Below the pieces are notes generated by a model, which was not told where the DNA came from, did no database searches, and worked only from the letters and a program-made list of their open reading frames with translations. 32,000 bases of DNA from Candidatus Blochmanniella floridana (GTDB lineage Bacteria; Pseudomonadota; Gammaproteobacteria; Enterobacterales; Enterobacteriaceae). Made by a program: the position numbers and the translations under genes. Below are positions 17,775 through 28,784 of this stretch, piece after piece; positions within the stretch are counted from its first letter, which is position 1, and every line of letters begins with the position of its first letter. The stretch lies in contig BX248583.1 of NCBI GenBank assembly GCA_000043285.1, positions 210,001 through 242,000 of the forward strand, read 5' to 3'.

Positions 17775-18080
17775 ATGCCTAGAAAGTCTGTACAGGAACG
17801 AGAAAAAAAACGTTTAAGATTAATTAATAAGTATTTTTTAAGACGGTCTTTGTTGAGGAAGTGTGTTGTTGATCTTAAAGTATCTAGTGAGGAAAGGTGG
17901 AATGCTGTGTTAAAATTACAAACTTTACCTAGAGATTCTAGTCCGTCTAGATTACGTAATCGTTGTGGACGAACAGGTCGTCCACATGCTTTTTTAAGAA
18001 AATTTGGATTAAGTCGAATGAAGGTTAGAGAGGCTGCTATGAAGGGTGAAATTCCTGGATTAAGAAAATCTAGTTGGTAA
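17775..18080 (+). CDS. rpsN: 30S ribosomal protein S14
   Basis: [53 protein letters not shown]. Confidence 0.97.
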   Translation: MPRKSVQEREKKRLRLINKYFLRRSLLRKCVVDLKVSSEERWNAVLKLQTLPRDSSPSRLRNRCGRTGRPHAFLRKFGLSRMKVREAAMKGEIPGLRKSSW

Positions 18081-18131
18081 TGAAAATATGAATGCAATAA
18101 TCACTGTTTATTATATAGAGTAATTATAATT

Positions 18132-18527
18132 ATGAGTATGCAAGATCCAATAGCAGATATGTTAACTGTTATACGTAATGGGCAAGTTGCTAAAAAAGAT
18201 AAGGTTTATGTTCCATCGTCTACTATAAAAATAGCTATTACTAAAGTTTTGGTCGAGGAGGGTTTTCTAAAAGATTATTCGGTATTAGGTAATATTAAAT
18301 TTATTTTAGAGATATCTCTTAAGTATTATCAATGTAATAAACCGGTTATTGATCATATTCAACGTATTAGTCGGCCTAGTTTGCGGGTTTATAAAAATAA
18401 AGATATGTTACCAAAAGTGTTATCTGGAATGGGGGTTGTAGTTGTTTCTACTTCTAAAGGGGTTATGACAGATAAAAAAGCTAGAAAATTAAATGTAGGT
18501 GGAGAAATAATTTGTTATGTATCATGA
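18132..18527 (+). CDS. rpsH: 30S ribosomal protein S8
   Basis: [31 protein letters not shown]...RPSLR.Y.......[18 protein letters not shown]....GGEI.CYV. Confidence 0.97.
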
Positions 18528-18549
18528 TAATTTTGAAAATGGTAGTATA

Positions 18550-19095
18550 ATGGAACAGATAAGTGGTTATAAATCTATTATTTGTATACCTAATGAAATA
18601 CAGATAACTATTCAGGATTGTTGTATTTTAGTTGTAGGAGTGCTTGGTAATTTGAGTTATAAATTTCATAATTTTATTGGTGTACAATTCAGTAATGTAA
18701 AAAATTTAATAGTATATTCAAGGTATCGTAATCATGTAAATAGGGCTTTGCTAGGAACTACGTGTTCTTTAATTAACAGTATGATAGTTGGAGTGACTGA
18801 AGGTTTTGTAAAAAAATTACAGTTAATTGGAATAGGGTATAGAGTGTCTATTCAAGAGAGTGTGCTTAATTTGGAGGTTGGATTTTCTCATGATATTCGT
18901 TATACATTACCTATTGAAGTAAAAGCACAGTGTGTAAATCAAACTGAAATTGTTTTAACTAGTATTAATAAGCAACTTATTGGGCAAGTTGCAGCAGATT
19001 TGCGTGCAATTAAACCTCCTGAACCGTTCAAAGGTAAGGGAATTCGTTATTTTGATGAATTGGTTTATAATAAAGATACTAAAAAGAAAAAGTAA
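18550..19095 (+). CDS. rplF: 50S ribosomal protein L6
   Basis: ALL.SM..GVTEGF.KKLQL.G.GYR, LGFSH, TEIVL......Q.IGQVAADLRA...PEP.KGKG.RY. The ATG at 18550 gives an E. coli-like length. The alternative ATG at 18517 overlaps rpsH and adds 11 unaligned residues. Confidence 0.93.
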   Translation: MEQISGYKSIICIPNEIQITIQDCCILVVGVLGNLSYKFHNFIGVQFSNVKNLIVYSRYRNHVNRALLGTTCSLINSMIVGVTEGFVKKLQLIGIGYRVSIQESVLNLEVGFSHDIRYTLPIEVKAQCVNQTEIVLTSINKQLIGQVAADLRAIKPPEPFKGKGIRYFDELVYNKDTKKKK

Positions 19096-19149
19096 TAAGT
19101 TTAATATTATTAGGTTTGGATATATGATATTCATCTGGTATTATGATAT

Positions 19150-19503
19150 ATGAATAAAAAGTTATTAAGAGCTCGTAGAGCTTTAAAATTAAGAAAAAAA
19201 TTGTATTTATTAGGTTCAGTAAGATTAGTAGTGTATAGAAGTTTACGGCATATGTATGCCCAAATAGTTTCTGAAGATAATTGTAATGTATTAGTTGCAG
19301 CGTCTACCACAGAAAAGTTAATTGCAAGTAAGTTACGTGTTACTGGTAATAAAGAAGCTGCTGCTGTTGTAGGTCAAGTAATAGCAGAACGTGCTTTTAA
19401 AAAAGGTATTGTACATGTATCGTTTGATAGATCTGGATTTAAATATCATGGGCGGGTTCAAATTTTAGCAGAGTATGCACGTCAGTTTGGTTTAAAATTT
19501 TAA
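19150..19503 (+). CDS. rplR: 50S ribosomal protein L18
   Basis: RLVV.RS.RH.YAQ......VL.AAST.EK...GN.EAAA.VG..IAERA..KG...V.FDRSGF.YHGRVQ.LA..AR..GLKF. Confidence 0.96.
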   Translation: MNKKLLRARRALKLRKKLYLLGSVRLVVYRSLRHMYAQIVSEDNCNVLVAASTTEKLIASKLRVTGNKEAAAVVGQVIAERAFKKGIVHVSFDRSGFKYHGRVQILAEYARQFGLKF

Positions 19504-19515
19504 AAGGTAGATTTA

Positions 19516-20049
19516 ATGAGATATTCTAATAAACAGACCTCTAATATTCATGAATTACAGGAAAAATTAATTACAGTTAATCGGGTGTCAAAAACTGTTA
19601 AGGGAGGGAGAGTGTTTAGTTTTGCTGCACTTACTGTTGTAGGAAATGTTAACGGTCGGGTAGGATTTGGATATGGGAAGGCTCGCGAGGTTCCTTCAGC
19701 TATTCAGAAAGCCATGGAGAAAGCTCGTCATAATATGATTGATATACCTTTAAATCCGGGTAGAACATTACAACATTCAATCATTGGTATATATACAGGT
19801 GCTCGTATTTATATGAAGCCTGCTTCTGAAGGGACTGGTATTATTGCTGGAGGGGCGATGCGTGCTATTTTAGAAGTTGTTGGTATACATAATGTATTAG
19901 CGAAGGCTTATGGCTCTACTAATCCTATTAATATTGTCCGAGCAACGGTGAATGCATTAAAAAATATGAAATCTCCAGAAATGGTTGCTGAAAAAAGAGG
20001 GAAATCTTTAGAATATATTCTTAATAATTATACTTATAACGGAAGATAA
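19516..20049 (+). CDS. rpsE: 30S ribosomal protein S5
   Basis: [27 protein letters not shown]...[26 protein letters not shown]...[34 protein letters not shown]...L..M.SPE. Confidence 0.97.
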   Translation: MRYSNKQTSNIHELQEKLITVNRVSKTVKGGRVFSFAALTVVGNVNGRVGFGYGKAREVPSAIQKAMEKARHNMIDIPLNPGRTLQHSIIGIYTGARIYMKPASEGTGIIAGGAMRAILEVVGIHNVLAKAYGSTNPINIVRATVNALKNMKSPEMVAEKRGKSLEYILNNYTYNGR

Positions 20050-20054
20050 TATAT

Positions 20055-20231
20055 ATGCTGAAAATTACTCAAATTCGAAGTTCGATTGGTTGTATACCTA
20101 AACATAAGGCAACTTTACGTGGTTTAGGTTTAAGAAGAATTGGCAACACTGTGAGTAAAATTGATACTCCTTCTGTTCGCGGTATGATTAATTTAGTTTT
20201 ATATATGATTCAGGTAAAAAGGCAGGATTGA
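20055..20231 (+). CDS. rpmD: 50S ribosomal protein L30 (58 aa; below the ORF-track length cutoff)
   Basis: Hand translation: [58 protein letters not shown], collinear with E. coli L30 (KITQ.RS.IG....HKATL.GLGLRRI.H.V...DTP..RGMIN.V.YM..V). It sits in the rpsE-rplO slot. Confidence 0.93.
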   Translation: MLKITQIRSSIGCIPKHKATLRGLGLRRIGNTVSKIDTPSVRGMINLVLYMIQVKRQD

Positions 20232-20237
20232 TGATAT

Positions 20238-20681
20238 ATGTTTAGTCTGAATACTATTGCTCCAGCTTTAGGAGCTAAACGTGTTGGAAAAAGAGTAGCT
20301 AGAGGTATAGGATCTGGATTTGGAAAAACTGCTGGACGAGGTCATAAAGGTCAAAAGTCTAGGTCTGGATGTAAAATTAAGGTAAGTTTTGAAGGAGGTC
20401 AAACACCTTTACATCGTAGATTGCCAAAATTTGGGTTTAAATCAAGAAAATCTATTGTTACTCAAGAAATTACATTATTTGATTTATCTCGTATTCCAGA
20501 AAATGTGATTGATTTAAATGTATTAAAAAAATATGATATTGTTAGTAGAAAGATTAGGTTTGTTAAAATTATTATGTCTGGTACTTTTGATAAACCTGTT
20601 ATTATACGAAATCTGCGCATAAGTAAAGGAGCTCGGGATTTGATAAAATCTGTAGGTGGAAGAATTGAGGAAGGAGAGTAG
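20238..20681 (+). CDS. rplO: 50S ribosomal protein L15
   Basis: LNT..PA.G.....[24 protein letters not shown]......[15 protein letters not shown]. Confidence 0.96.
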   Translation: MFSLNTIAPALGAKRVGKRVARGIGSGFGKTAGRGHKGQKSRSGCKIKVSFEGGQTPLHRRLPKFGFKSRKSIVTQEITLFDLSRIPENVIDLNVLKKYDIVSRKIRFVKIIMSGTFDKPVIIRNLRISKGARDLIKSVGGRIEEGE

Positions 20682-20689
20682 TTTATAAA

Positions 20690-22045
20690 ATGATGGCTAT
20701 TATTAAAAACTCTCGATTTATATCTGATTTTAAAAGTATAAAAAGTGGGTTACGTGATTTAAAACAAAGAATAATATTTATTGTTGGGGCTTTGATTATC
20801 TTTCGTATAGGGTCTTTTATTCCAATTCCGGGAGTAGATTTAACTGTGTTATCTAAAATTTTACAAGAACAACAAGGTACTATTATAGATATGTTGAATA
20901 TTTTTTCTGGAGGATCATTAAGTCGAGCTTCTATTTTTAGTTTAGGAATTATGCCATATATTTCAGCATCAATTATTGTACAATTATTAACTACAGTACA
21001 TCCTACTCTCATTGAAATTAAAAAAGAAGGAGAAAGTGGTAGGCGAGCAATAAATCGTTATATTCGTTATGGAACCTTAATATTAGGAACTTTACAGTCT
21101 TTAGGAATAGTGATTGGATTACCTAATATTCCAAATTTAGTGATCAATCCTGGATTTAATTTTTATTTTGTAGCGGTGATTAGTTTAGTATCAGGTACTA
21201 TATTTTTAATGTGGTTAGGAGATCAAATTACTAATCATGGTATAGGAAATGGTATTTCTGTTATTATTTTCTCAGGGATTGTAGCAGGATTGCCTGCAGC
21301 CATAGGTCATACTATAGAGCAAGTAAGACAAAATGAATTACATTTTTTTGTATTAGTTTTAATAGTATGTTTGGTTATTAGTATTACATTTTTTGTAGTA
21401 TTTATGGAAAGAGGTCAACGTCGTATTTTAGTTCATTATGCTAACCCAAAAAGACAACAAGGTCGTCGAATGTATTCGACACAACAAGGAAACAGTACAC
21501 ATTTACCTCTTAAAGTTAATATGGCTGGGGTTATTCCAGCTATATTTGCATCAAGTATAATTTTATTTCCTAGTACTATTATTTCTTGGTTTAGTAGAGG
21601 AGTAAGTCATCATCGATGGTTACATATAGTATCTACGTATTTACAACCTGGACAATTGTTGTATATTTTGATATATTCATCAGCTATTATATTTTTTTGT
21701 TTTTTTTATACATCTTTAGTATTTAATCCTCGAGATACTGCTGATAATTTAAAAAAATCTGGTGCTTTTGTACCTGGAATTAGGCCTGGAGAACAAACTG
21801 CAAAATATATTAATAAAATTATATTACGTTTGACGTTTGCTGGTTCCATGTATGTTACTTTTATCTGTTTGGTTCCGGAGTTTATGAGAATATCTATGAA
21901 AGTACCGTTTTATTTTGGAGGAACATCATTATTAATAGTAGTAGTTGTAATTATGGAATTTATGACTCAAATACAGACTCTATTAATGTCTAGACAATAT
22001 GAATCTGTATTAAAGAAAGCGAATTTTAAAAATTATAGTAATTAG
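20690..22045 (+). CDS. secY: Protein translocase subunit SecY
   Basis: LK.R..F..GALI.FRIG.FIPIPG.D, GG...[55 protein letters not shown]; multi-pass hydrophobic profile. Confidence 0.97.
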   Translation: MMAIIKNSRFISDFKSIKSGLRDLKQRIIFIVGALIIFRIGSFIPIPGVDLTVLSKILQEQQGTIIDMLNIFSGGSLSRASIFSLGIMPYISASIIVQLLTTVHPTLIEIKKEGESGRRAINRYIRYGTLILGTLQSLGIVIGLPNIPNLVINPGFNFYFVAVISLVSGTIFLMWLGDQITNHGIGNGISVIIFSGIVAGLPAAIGHTIEQVRQNELHFFVLVLIVCLVISITFFVVFMERGQRRILVHYANPKRQQGRRMYSTQQGNSTHLPLKVNMAGVIPAIFASSIILFPSTIISWFSRGVSHHRWLHIVSTYLQPGQLLYILIYSSAIIFFCFFYTSLVFNPRDTADNLKKSGAFVPGIRPGEQTAKYINKIILRLTFAGSMYVTFICLVPEFMRISMKVPFYFGGTSLLIVVVVIMEFMTQIQTLLMSRQYESVLKKANFKNYSN

Positions 22046-22090
22046 TACTTATGGGTATTTTATTTTATTAAATATTAATGGTAGTATTGT

Positions 22091-22207
22091 ATGAAAGTTC
22101 GGGCATCAGTAAGAAAAATGTGTCAACATTGTTTTATTATAAAGCGACGTAATGTCATTCGTGTAGTTTGTCGTGTAACACCTAAACATAAACAACGACA
22201 AGGTTAA
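22091..22207 (+). CDS. rpmJ: 50S ribosomal protein L36 (38 aa; below the ORF-track cutoff)
   Basis: Hand translation: [38 protein letters not shown], the canonical L36 pattern (MKVRASVKK.C..C.I..R.G...VIC...P.HKQRQG), directly after secY. Confidence 0.93.
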
Positions 22208-22286
22208 TTTGTAAAAGTGTTATTTTTATTGTGAATTAGATAAATATAATAATTTGGTTGTTTTTATTAAGGGGTAGATAAATTAA

Positions 22287-22643
22287 GTGGTACGTATAGC
22301 AGGGGTAAATGTTCCTGATCGTAAGCATGCAGTTATAGCTCTAATGTCAATATATGGTATTGGTAGGTCTCGTGCTAAATTGATTTGTTTAAGTATTGGA
22401 GTAGATGAGTATACTAAGATTGGTCAATTATCTGATGTATATATTGATAAAATGCGTAATGAAATTGCCAAGTATGTTGTAGAAGGGGATTTGAGACGTG
22501 AAGTTACTTTAAATATAAAACGTTTAATTGATCTTGGTACATATCGCGGTTTACGTCATAGACGTAATTTGCCAGTAAGAGGACAAAGAACTAGGACAAA
22601 TGCTAGAACTAGAAAGGGACCTAAAAAATTAATAAATAAGTAA
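22287..22643 (+). CDS. rpsM: 30S ribosomal protein S13 (GTG start)
   Basis: (M)VRIAGVN.PD.KHAVIAL.SIYG.G...VVEGDLRRE....[33 protein letters not shown]. The first codon is GTG at 22287. Confidence 0.97.
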   Translation: MVRIAGVNVPDRKHAVIALMSIYGIGRSRAKLICLSIGVDEYTKIGQLSDVYIDKMRNEIAKYVVEGDLRREVTLNIKRLIDLGTYRGLRHRRNLPVRGQRTRTNARTRKGPKKLINK

Positions 22644-22706
22644 TTTTTATTATATTTAAAAATAAATAATAGATATGGTTTTGATAAAATAAGAAGACTT
22701 AATAAA

Positions 22707-23099
22707 ATGATTAAATCATCTTCTCTTAGATTACGTAAGCGGATTAAAAAACAAGTTACTGATGGTATTGCTCATATACATGCTTCTTTTAATAATACTA
22801 TTGTGACTATTAGCGATCGTCAAGGCAATACTTTGGGATGGGCTACATCTGGTGGATCAGGTTTTCGAGGTTCTAGAAAATCTACTCCATTTGCGGCTCA
22901 AATAGCAGCGGAGCGTTGTGCGGAAATAGTACAAGAATATGGAGTGAAAAATTTAGAAGTTATGGTTAAGGGACCAGGGCCAGGTAGGGAATCTGCGGTT
23001 CGAGCTTTAAATGCAGCAGGTTTTCATATTATCAGTATAATAGATGTCACTCCAATTCCTCATAATGGTTGCCGTCCTGCTAAAAAACGTCGTGTCTAA
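22707..23099 (+). CDS. rpsK: 30S ribosomal protein S11
   Basis: [49 protein letters not shown]......[44 protein letters not shown]. Confidence 0.98.
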   Translation: MIKSSSLRLRKRIKKQVTDGIAHIHASFNNTIVTISDRQGNTLGWATSGGSGFRGSRKSTPFAAQIAAERCAEIVQEYGVKNLEVMVKGPGPGRESAVRALNAAGFHIISIIDVTPIPHNGCRPAKKRRV

Positions 23100-23134
23100 A
23101 AAATAAAATTCATTGTGTAATGTAAGGAAAAGAT

Positions 23135-23758
23135 ATGGCAAAATATGTAGGACCAAAGCTTAAATTAAGTCGTCGAGAAAATACAGATTTATTTTTAAAA
23201 TCTGGAATTAGATCTATTGATTCTAAGTGTCAGTTTGATCATGCTCCAGGTCAACATAGTATACGAAAATCTAGACTTTCTGATTATGGAGTACAGTTGC
23301 GGGAAAAACAAAAAGTTAAACGTATGTATGGTATATTGGAAAATCAATTTGCTAATTATTATAGAAAATCAGCTAGTATGAAGGGTAATACAGGTGAAAT
23401 TCTTTTGCAGTTGTTAGAAAGTAGATTGGATAATGTTGTATATCGTATGGGATTTGGATCTACTAGGGCTGAATCTCGTCAATTAGTAAGTCATAAATCT
23501 ATTATAGTAAACGATTGTATTGTTAATATAGCTTCTTATCAAGTTGTTCCAAATACTGTTATTCAGGTATATAAAAAATCACATAATCAATCTAGGATTT
23601 ATGCTGCTTTGGAAATTGCTGAGCAACAGAGAGAAAGTGTACCCTGGATTGAAGTTGATTCTGCTAAGTTGAAAGGTATATTTAAAAGACGTCCGGAACG
23701 TAGTGAATTATCTGCGAATATTAATGAACACTTAATTGTGGAGTTATATTCAAAATAA
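23135..23758 (+). CDS. rpsD: 30S ribosomal protein S4
   Basis: [23 protein letters not shown]...SKC......PGQH......[23 protein letters not shown]...[26 protein letters not shown]. Confidence 0.97.
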   Translation: MAKYVGPKLKLSRRENTDLFLKSGIRSIDSKCQFDHAPGQHSIRKSRLSDYGVQLREKQKVKRMYGILENQFANYYRKSASMKGNTGEILLQLLESRLDNVVYRMGFGSTRAESRQLVSHKSIIVNDCIVNIASYQVVPNTVIQVYKKSHNQSRIYAALEIAEQQRESVPWIEVDSAKLKGIFKRRPERSELSANINEHLIVELYSK

Positions 23759-23793
23759 ATTAGTCAATGATATATAATTAAAGAGAGGTAATA

Positions 23794-24789
23794 ATGCAGA
23801 GTTTTGAAAAGGAATTTTTAAAACCCCGATCGATAAATATCGAAAAGATTTCAGAAATACATTCTAAGATAACTTTAGAACCTTTAGAACGAGGGTTTGG
23901 ACATACTTTGGGGAATGCATTGCGCCGTATTTTATTATCTTCAATGCCTGGTTGTGCAATAACAGAAGTTGAAATTGAAGGAGTATTGCATGAATATGGA
24001 ACAAAAGAGGGTGTACGTGAAGATGTTTTAGAAATCTTACTTAATTTAAAAACATTGGCTATTAACATGTATGTTAAAGATAGTATAGTATTAACTTTGA
24101 AAAAAACAGGAATTGGACCGGTAATTGCAAGTGATATTGAATATGATAGTAGTATTATAAGTATAGTTAATCCAAATCATATTATATGTTGTATAACAGA
24201 TCAAGATACATCTATTATTATGCGCATTAAAGTTCAACGCGGAAGAGGATATGTTCCAGCGTTTTCTAGGTTTAGTTCTGATGATCAACATGACTTACCA
24301 ATAGGGCGATTGTTATTAGATGCATGTTATTCTCCTGTGGAGAGGATATCTTATACTGTGGAAGCAGCTAGGGTAGAGAAACGTACAGATTTAGATAAAT
24401 TAATTATTGATATGGAAACTAATGGAACTATAGATCCTGAAGAAGCAATAAGACGGGCGGCAACTATTTTATCGGATCAATTATCTTCATTTATTGATTT
24501 AAAAGATGTGCATCAACCTGAAGTTAAAGAAGAAAAACCAGAATTTGATCCATCTTTATTAAATTTAGTAGATGATTTGGAATTAACTGTACGTTCTGCT
24601 AATTGTTTAAAAGCTGAATCCATTCATTATATAGGTGATTTAGTACAAAAAACAGAAGTAGAGTTATTAAAGACTCCGAATCTTGGTAAAAAGTCTTTAA
24701 CTGAAATTAAAGATGTATTAGCTTCTAGAGGATTATCATTAGGTATGCGTTTAGATAATTGGCCTCCAAAACATCTGTCCGAACAATAA
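23794..24789 (+). CDS. rpoA: DNA-directed RNA polymerase subunit alpha
   Basis: LKPR...IE......[57 protein letters not shown], plus the C-terminal domain ([55 protein letters not shown]). Confidence 0.98.
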   Translation: MQSFEKEFLKPRSINIEKISEIHSKITLEPLERGFGHTLGNALRRILLSSMPGCAITEVEIEGVLHEYGTKEGVREDVLEILLNLKTLAINMYVKDSIVLTLKKTGIGPVIASDIEYDSSIISIVNPNHIICCITDQDTSIIMRIKVQRGRGYVPAFSRFSSDDQHDLPIGRLLLDACYSPVERISYTVEAARVEKRTDLDKLIIDMETNGTIDPEEAIRRAATILSDQLSSFIDLKDVHQPEVKEEKPEFDPSLLNLVDDLELTVRSANCLKAESIHYIGDLVQKTEVELLKTPNLGKKSLTEIKDVLASRGLSLGMRLDNWPPKHLSEQ

Positions 24790-24853
24790 ATGATGTATTA
24801 TATGGTATTATGTTGGATGGAAAATGTAAGTATCGTTTTATGGGTATATAATT

Positions 24854-25231
24854 ATGAAACATCAAAAAAGAGTATTAAAATTTAATAGATCTGGATCTCA
24901 TCGTGATGCTATGGTTAAAAATATGATGATTGCTTTAATTTTAAATCATATTATTAAAACTACTTTATCTAAGGCAAAAATATTACGTCAATTTATCGAG
25001 CCAGTTATCACTAGAGCTAAAATAAATACGATTGCTAATCGGCGTTTAATTTTTGCTAAAATTAGGAATACTGATTCAGTTATTAAACTTTTTACTCAAA
25101 TTGGTCCTCATTTTTATGATAGGCCTGGAGGATATACTAGAATATTAAAATGTGGATTTCGTAAAGGAGATAATGCTCCAATGGCTTATATAGAATTAGT
25201 TGATAGATCTAAATTAGTTATTAAATCATAA
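24854..25231 (+). CDS. rplQ: 50S ribosomal protein L17
   Basis: SHR.AM..NM...L..H..IKTTL.KAK.LR...EP.IT.AK......RRL.FA..R......KLF...[31 protein letters not shown]. Confidence 0.97.
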   Translation: MKHQKRVLKFNRSGSHRDAMVKNMMIALILNHIIKTTLSKAKILRQFIEPVITRAKINTIANRRLIFAKIRNTDSVIKLFTQIGPHFYDRPGGYTRILKCGFRKGDNAPMAYIELVDRSKLVIKS

Positions 25232-25305
25232 ATTTATAATATAACTAGCTCGATTGATTGAATATTTGTATATATATGTATATATTTTATAAAATGTTAG
25301 GAGTT

Positions 25306-26277
25306 TTATGTTAAAACCGAGTGCATTGTAAATAAAGATGAGTAAGCGTTCATTAAGTCTTTAACATGTATTTTCTTTTTTCCTGAGATTTGTAAGACAG
25401 TAAGTATTATTATTCCAGATCCAGTAATTACGTAGATACCATTAGGATGAGTTTTTAATATAGTTCCGGGTTGAAAATCATTATATTGATCAGTATTGAT
25501 TGAATTTTTATTTATTTCAGCATTCCATACTCTTATATATTGATTTTTTATTTTGAAATAACTGACTGGCCATGGATTAAAAGCGCGTATACGTCGTTCT
25601 ATTTCAATTGCTGATTTATTCCAATTAATATGTGCTTCTTTTTTATTTAATTTATATGCGTAAGTTATATTAGATGTATCTTGGGGTATATTTTTACATG
25701 TACCTAATATGATTTTTTCAATAGTTTTTAATAAAGCTATAGATCCTATGCAAGCTAATTTTTTAGATAGAGTGTAGCTGGTGTCTTTTGGTGATATTTT
25801 ACATGGTGTGGAATGCAAGATATCACCTGTATCTATATTTGAATTCATTTGAATGATGCTTATACCTGTCATGGTATCTCCATGTTCTAAAGCGCGTTGA
25901 ATTGGAGCTGGTCCCCTCCATCGAGGTAATAATGAACCGTGGATATTGATACAACCTAGTTTTGGTATATGTAATATTTCTTGTGATAAAATTACTCCAT
26001 ATGATACAACTATTATTATATCTATATTTAGATTTTTTATAATATGATTGATTTGAGATTGAGATAAAAAATATGATTGGAATAATAATATATTATTAAT
26101 TTGTGATATTGTGTGAATAGATAGAATTGATGATTTTTGCTTTATTTTTATTGACTCTTGAGTAAAAATTGCAACTATTTTATGTATGGAACAGTGGATT
26201 AATACGAATAAATGATATGCGGCAAAATCTGATGTTCCAAAAAAAGCGATACGTAATCCTTTTAAATGTAATTTCAT
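25306..26277 (-). CDS. fmt: Methionyl-tRNA formyltransferase
   Basis: LRI.F.GT.DFAA.HL, G.INIHGSLLPRWRG.APIQRA...GD..TG..I.QM....D.G, NPWP collinear with E. coli Fmt; downstream of def in the same orientation. Confidence 0.94.
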   Translation of the reverse strand: MKLHLKGLRIAFFGTSDFAAYHLFVLIHCSIHKIVAIFTQESIKIKQKSSILSIHTISQINNILLFQSYFLSQSQINHIIKNLNIDIIIVVSYGVILSQEILHIPKLGCINIHGSLLPRWRGPAPIQRALEHGDTMTGISIIQMNSNIDTGDILHSTPCKISPKDTSYTLSKKLACIGSIALLKTIEKIILGTCKNIPQDTSNITYAYKLNKKEAHINWNKSAIEIERRIRAFNPWPVSYFKIKNQYIRVWNAEINKNSINTDQYNDFQPGTILKTHPNGIYVITGSGIIILTVLQISGKKKIHVKDLMNAYSSLFTMHSVLT

Positions 26278-26303
26278 AAGTTAATGCAATTCATGTTAGT
26301 TAT

Positions 26304-26831
26304 TTAATGAGAAAGTTTAATATGGTTTTTGTATACTGTGGACCATTTATTAATTTTTTTGTGAATTCTTTGAATTTTAAATGGTGATAAGTAATCAATA
26401 AATAATTTACCTAATAGGTGGTCTATTTCATGTTGAATACAGACTGATAGTAAATCAGTGGCCTCCATTTCAAAGTTATTACCATTTTCATCTAGCGATT
26501 GTACTATTATGTTTTGTGATCTTGGAACACTTGCTCTAATCTTTGGGATAGATAAACACCCTTCAATGATATGGGTAATAGTGCCTATTTTTTTTATAAT
26601 GCATGGGTTAATAAACACTAAACGTTTTTGTATGTTATTATTTAAATCTATAACAATTATTTTTTGATGAATGTCAACTTGTGTTGCCGCTAATCCAATT
26701 CCTTGTTGAAAATACATAGTTTCAAACATATCGGATATAATTTTCTTGGTATCATGAGAAATGATGGAAACAGAACGTGCAATTTTTCTTAAACGTTGAT
26801 CCGGATAATATAACATTTGTAATATAGACAT
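26304..26831 (-). CDS. def: Peptide deformylase
   Basis: All three deformylase motifs are present: GIGLAATQVD, EGCLSIP, QHEIDHL.GKLF. Confidence 0.96.
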   Translation of the reverse strand: MSILQMLYYPDQRLRKIARSVSIISHDTKKIISDMFETMYFQQGIGLAATQVDIHQKIIVIDLNNNIQKRLVFINPCIIKKIGTITHIIEGCLSIPKIRASVPRSQNIIVQSLDENGNNFEMEATDLLSVCIQHEIDHLLGKLFIDYLSPFKIQRIHKKINKWSTVYKNHIKLSH

Positions 26832-27098
26832 AGTTTAGAATTTTTAATATATATAATTTTTTAAAATTATGATAAAATTATAATATGGTTTGTATATTTA
26901 ATAAAAGTGATTATTGATAATTAATATCTAAAATATTTAAATAAATTTAAAAGTTTGAATTTTGTTCTATGTATAAAATATTTTTGCATGGCAAAACAAA
27001 ATGTTGGTATAATTATCGTATGTAAGATTTAGAAATAATTAACTCTTTGTTAAATTTTGTATTTATTGATTAATAGCTATTTTAAATAAAATTAATGT

Positions 27099-27668
27099 AT
27101 GAGTAAAGTCTATACTAATTTTACTGTTAAGGGTTTAACTGAACAATTAAATAAAGGTAAAGTCATTGTTTATCCAACAGAATCTGTATTTGGTTTAGGA
27201 TGTAATCCAGATAATGAAAATGCAATAAATACTTTGTTAAAAATCAAGTGTCGATCTTGGAAAAAGGGTTTGATTTTAGTTGCGGCTAATTATACTCAAT
27301 TATTTAAGTATGTGGATGATAGATATTTAAATAGTTTACAATTGTCTCGTATTTTTTCAACTTGGCCGGGTCCATTTACATGGGTATTCCCAGCTCGATC
27401 TAGTACTCCAATGTGGTTAACAGGGAAATTTTCTTCTGTAGCAATTCGAGTAAGTAATTTTGAACCAATCAGGCGCTTGTGTTTAACTTTTGGAAAGCCA
27501 TTAGTATCTACTAGCGCTAATGTATCTGGATATCTACCAGCCAGGACTATTCATGCGGTATATAAACAATTAGGATATGATTTTCCTATAATGAATACAA
27601 ATGTATTAGGATTGCCTAATCCTTCTATAATTCGAGATGCTATTACTGGTAAGATTATTAGAAAATAA
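27099..27668 (+). CDS. tsaC: L-threonylcarbamoyladenylate synthase (t6A pathway), YrdC/TsaC type
   Basis: V..YPTE.VFG.GC.PD.E.A...LL.IK.R...KGLIL.AA, WPGP.T.V.PA, A.R....P....L....G.PLVSTSAN.SG collinear with E. coli TsaC; directly upstream of aroE, as in E. coli. Confidence 0.92.
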   Translation: MSKVYTNFTVKGLTEQLNKGKVIVYPTESVFGLGCNPDNENAINTLLKIKCRSWKKGLILVAANYTQLFKYVDDRYLNSLQLSRIFSTWPGPFTWVFPARSSTPMWLTGKFSSVAIRVSNFEPIRRLCLTFGKPLVSTSANVSGYLPARTIHAVYKQLGYDFPIMNTNVLGLPNPSIIRDAITGKIIRK

Positions 27669-27683
27669 TTTTAGGAGGTGGAA

Positions 27684-28568
27684 TTGAGTTCTTTTGCTAT
27701 TTTTGGGAATCCAGTAAGTCATAGTAAATCTCCAAAGATTTATAGTATGTTTGCTAATGAATTTGGTATGTGTGGTGAATATGATTTGAAAGTAGCTTCA
27801 GATGATAATTTTTATAATTTGTTATATCAATTTTTTGATATGGGTGGTTTTGGGGCAAATATTACTGTCCCTTTTAAAAAACGGGCTTTTTTATTATGTG
27901 ATAATTTAACTGATAGATCTATATTGTCAAGTACAGTAAATACAATCAAAAAACAACTTGATGGTACTTTATTAGGAGATAATACTGATGGTATAGGGTT
28001 AATTAATGATTTGAAGCGTTTAAATTGGATTAGCATAGATAATGCTTTTATAGATATGACTTGTAATAATATTCAGGAAACAGCTAATATTTTATTAATC
28101 GGGTCTGGTGGAGCAGCTCAAAGTATTATTCCTGTTTTATTAGATATAAAAAAATGTTGTGTGAATATAATTAATAGAACTTTTTTTAATGCTCAGAGAT
28201 TAGTGCAATATTATCATAGTATAGGTCGTCAGAATATATCTTGTATTGATTTAAATAATTTATTGTGTGAAAAAAATGCATGTAAAAAGTATGATTTGAT
28301 TATTAATGCGTCATCTAGTAGTATGAATAATGATCTTCCTTGTATTTCATCGTTTTTAATTACACCATTTACCAAATGTTATGATTTATTTTATGGAAAT
28401 CAAGATACGATATTTGTGAAATGGTGTAAAAAAAATGGATCAAATTATTGTGTTGATGGTTTGGGAATGTTGATAGAACAAGCAGCATATGCGTTTTATT
28501 TATGGCATGGTAAAAAACCATCTGTACCCATAGTTTTAAATGCATTTCGATCTGAATTATGTAAGTAA
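27684..28568 (+). CDS. aroE: Shikimate 5-dehydrogenase (TTG start preferred; GTG at 27678 is the alternative)
   Basis: FGNP..HSKSP.I, G.GANITVPFK..AF...D.LT.R......VNT......G.LLGDNTDG.GL..DL.RL, IGSGGAAQ, NRT, DLIINA.SS, DGLGML.EQAA.AF.LWHG. AGGAGG (27673-27678) overlaps the GTG but sits 5 nt before TTG 27684, which also reproduces the E. coli N-terminal length. Confidence 0.94.
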   Translation: MSSFAIFGNPVSHSKSPKIYSMFANEFGMCGEYDLKVASDDNFYNLLYQFFDMGGFGANITVPFKKRAFLLCDNLTDRSILSSTVNTIKKQLDGTLLGDNTDGIGLINDLKRLNWISIDNAFIDMTCNNIQETANILLIGSGGAAQSIIPVLLDIKKCCVNIINRTFFNAQRLVQYYHSIGRQNISCIDLNNLLCEKNACKKYDLIINASSSSMNNDLPCISSFLITPFTKCYDLFYGNQDTIFVKWCKKNGSNYCVDGLGMLIEQAAYAFYLWHGKKPSVPIVLNAFRSELCK

Positions 28569-28601
28569 TATGTATAAAATAATTATATTTGTTGATTTTA
28601 T

Positions 28602-28650
28602 TTGACTTTTTATATGAAAAGTAAGATACTGAACTCGATTTTTGTATAAT
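28602..28650 (+). promoter_or_regulatory. Candidate sigma70 promoter(s) for the stand-alone 5S gene
   Basis: TTGACT (28602-28607), 17 nt, GATACT (28625-28630), and separately TG+TATAAT (28643-28650) 14 nt before the mature 5S 5' end. These are motif matches only, and -10-like hexamers are common in AT-rich DNA. Confidence 0.3.
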
Positions 28651-28664
28651 GCATTACTAATAAA

Positions 28665-28784
28665 AACTTGGTGGCATTAGCGCGATAGTACCACCTGATG
28701 ACCATTCCGAACTCAGAAGTGAAATGTCGTGGTACCGATGGTAGTGTGAGGATTCCTCATGTGAGAGTAGGGGGCTGCCAAGTT
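28665..28784 (+). rRNA. rrf: 5S ribosomal RNA, not adjacent to any 23S gene
   Basis: Collinear with E. coli 5S (..TGG.GGC..TAGCGCG.T.GT.CCACCTGA...CCAT.CCGAACTCAGAAGTGAAA.G.CGT.G..CCGATGGTAGTGTG.GG.T.CC.CATG.GAGAGTAGGG..CTGCCA.G). The terminal helix aacttgg/ccaagtt closes the molecule. About 120 nt. Confidence 0.95.

Noticed and set aside
17669-18097. 142-aa minus-strand ORF antisense to rplE/rpsN. Similar antisense ORFs occur at 20683-21012 (secY), 23778-24068 and 24091-24291 (rpoA), 4657-4839 and 5429-5620 (clpB), 12488-12712 (rplD), 14452-14634 (rplV), 14736-14933 (rpsC), 15576-15800 (rplP), 26458-26667 (def) and 27827-28036 (aroE).
   Set aside because: All lie entirely inside strongly conserved genes on the opposite strand. 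They have low-complexity, homologue-free translations and no SD-like signals. Long antisense ORFs are expected opposite conserved genes in AT-rich DNA whose sense strand avoids certain codons.
26832-27098. def-tsaC divergent spacer as a possible relic of dprA/smg/yrdD, which lie here in E. coli. It includes a small hairpin, ttttgc-atg-gcaaaa, near 26984-26998.
   Set aside because: At 267 bp it is too short and too degenerate to recognise any homology by eye. A 6-bp hairpin is unremarkable. It is most simply a divergent promoter region.
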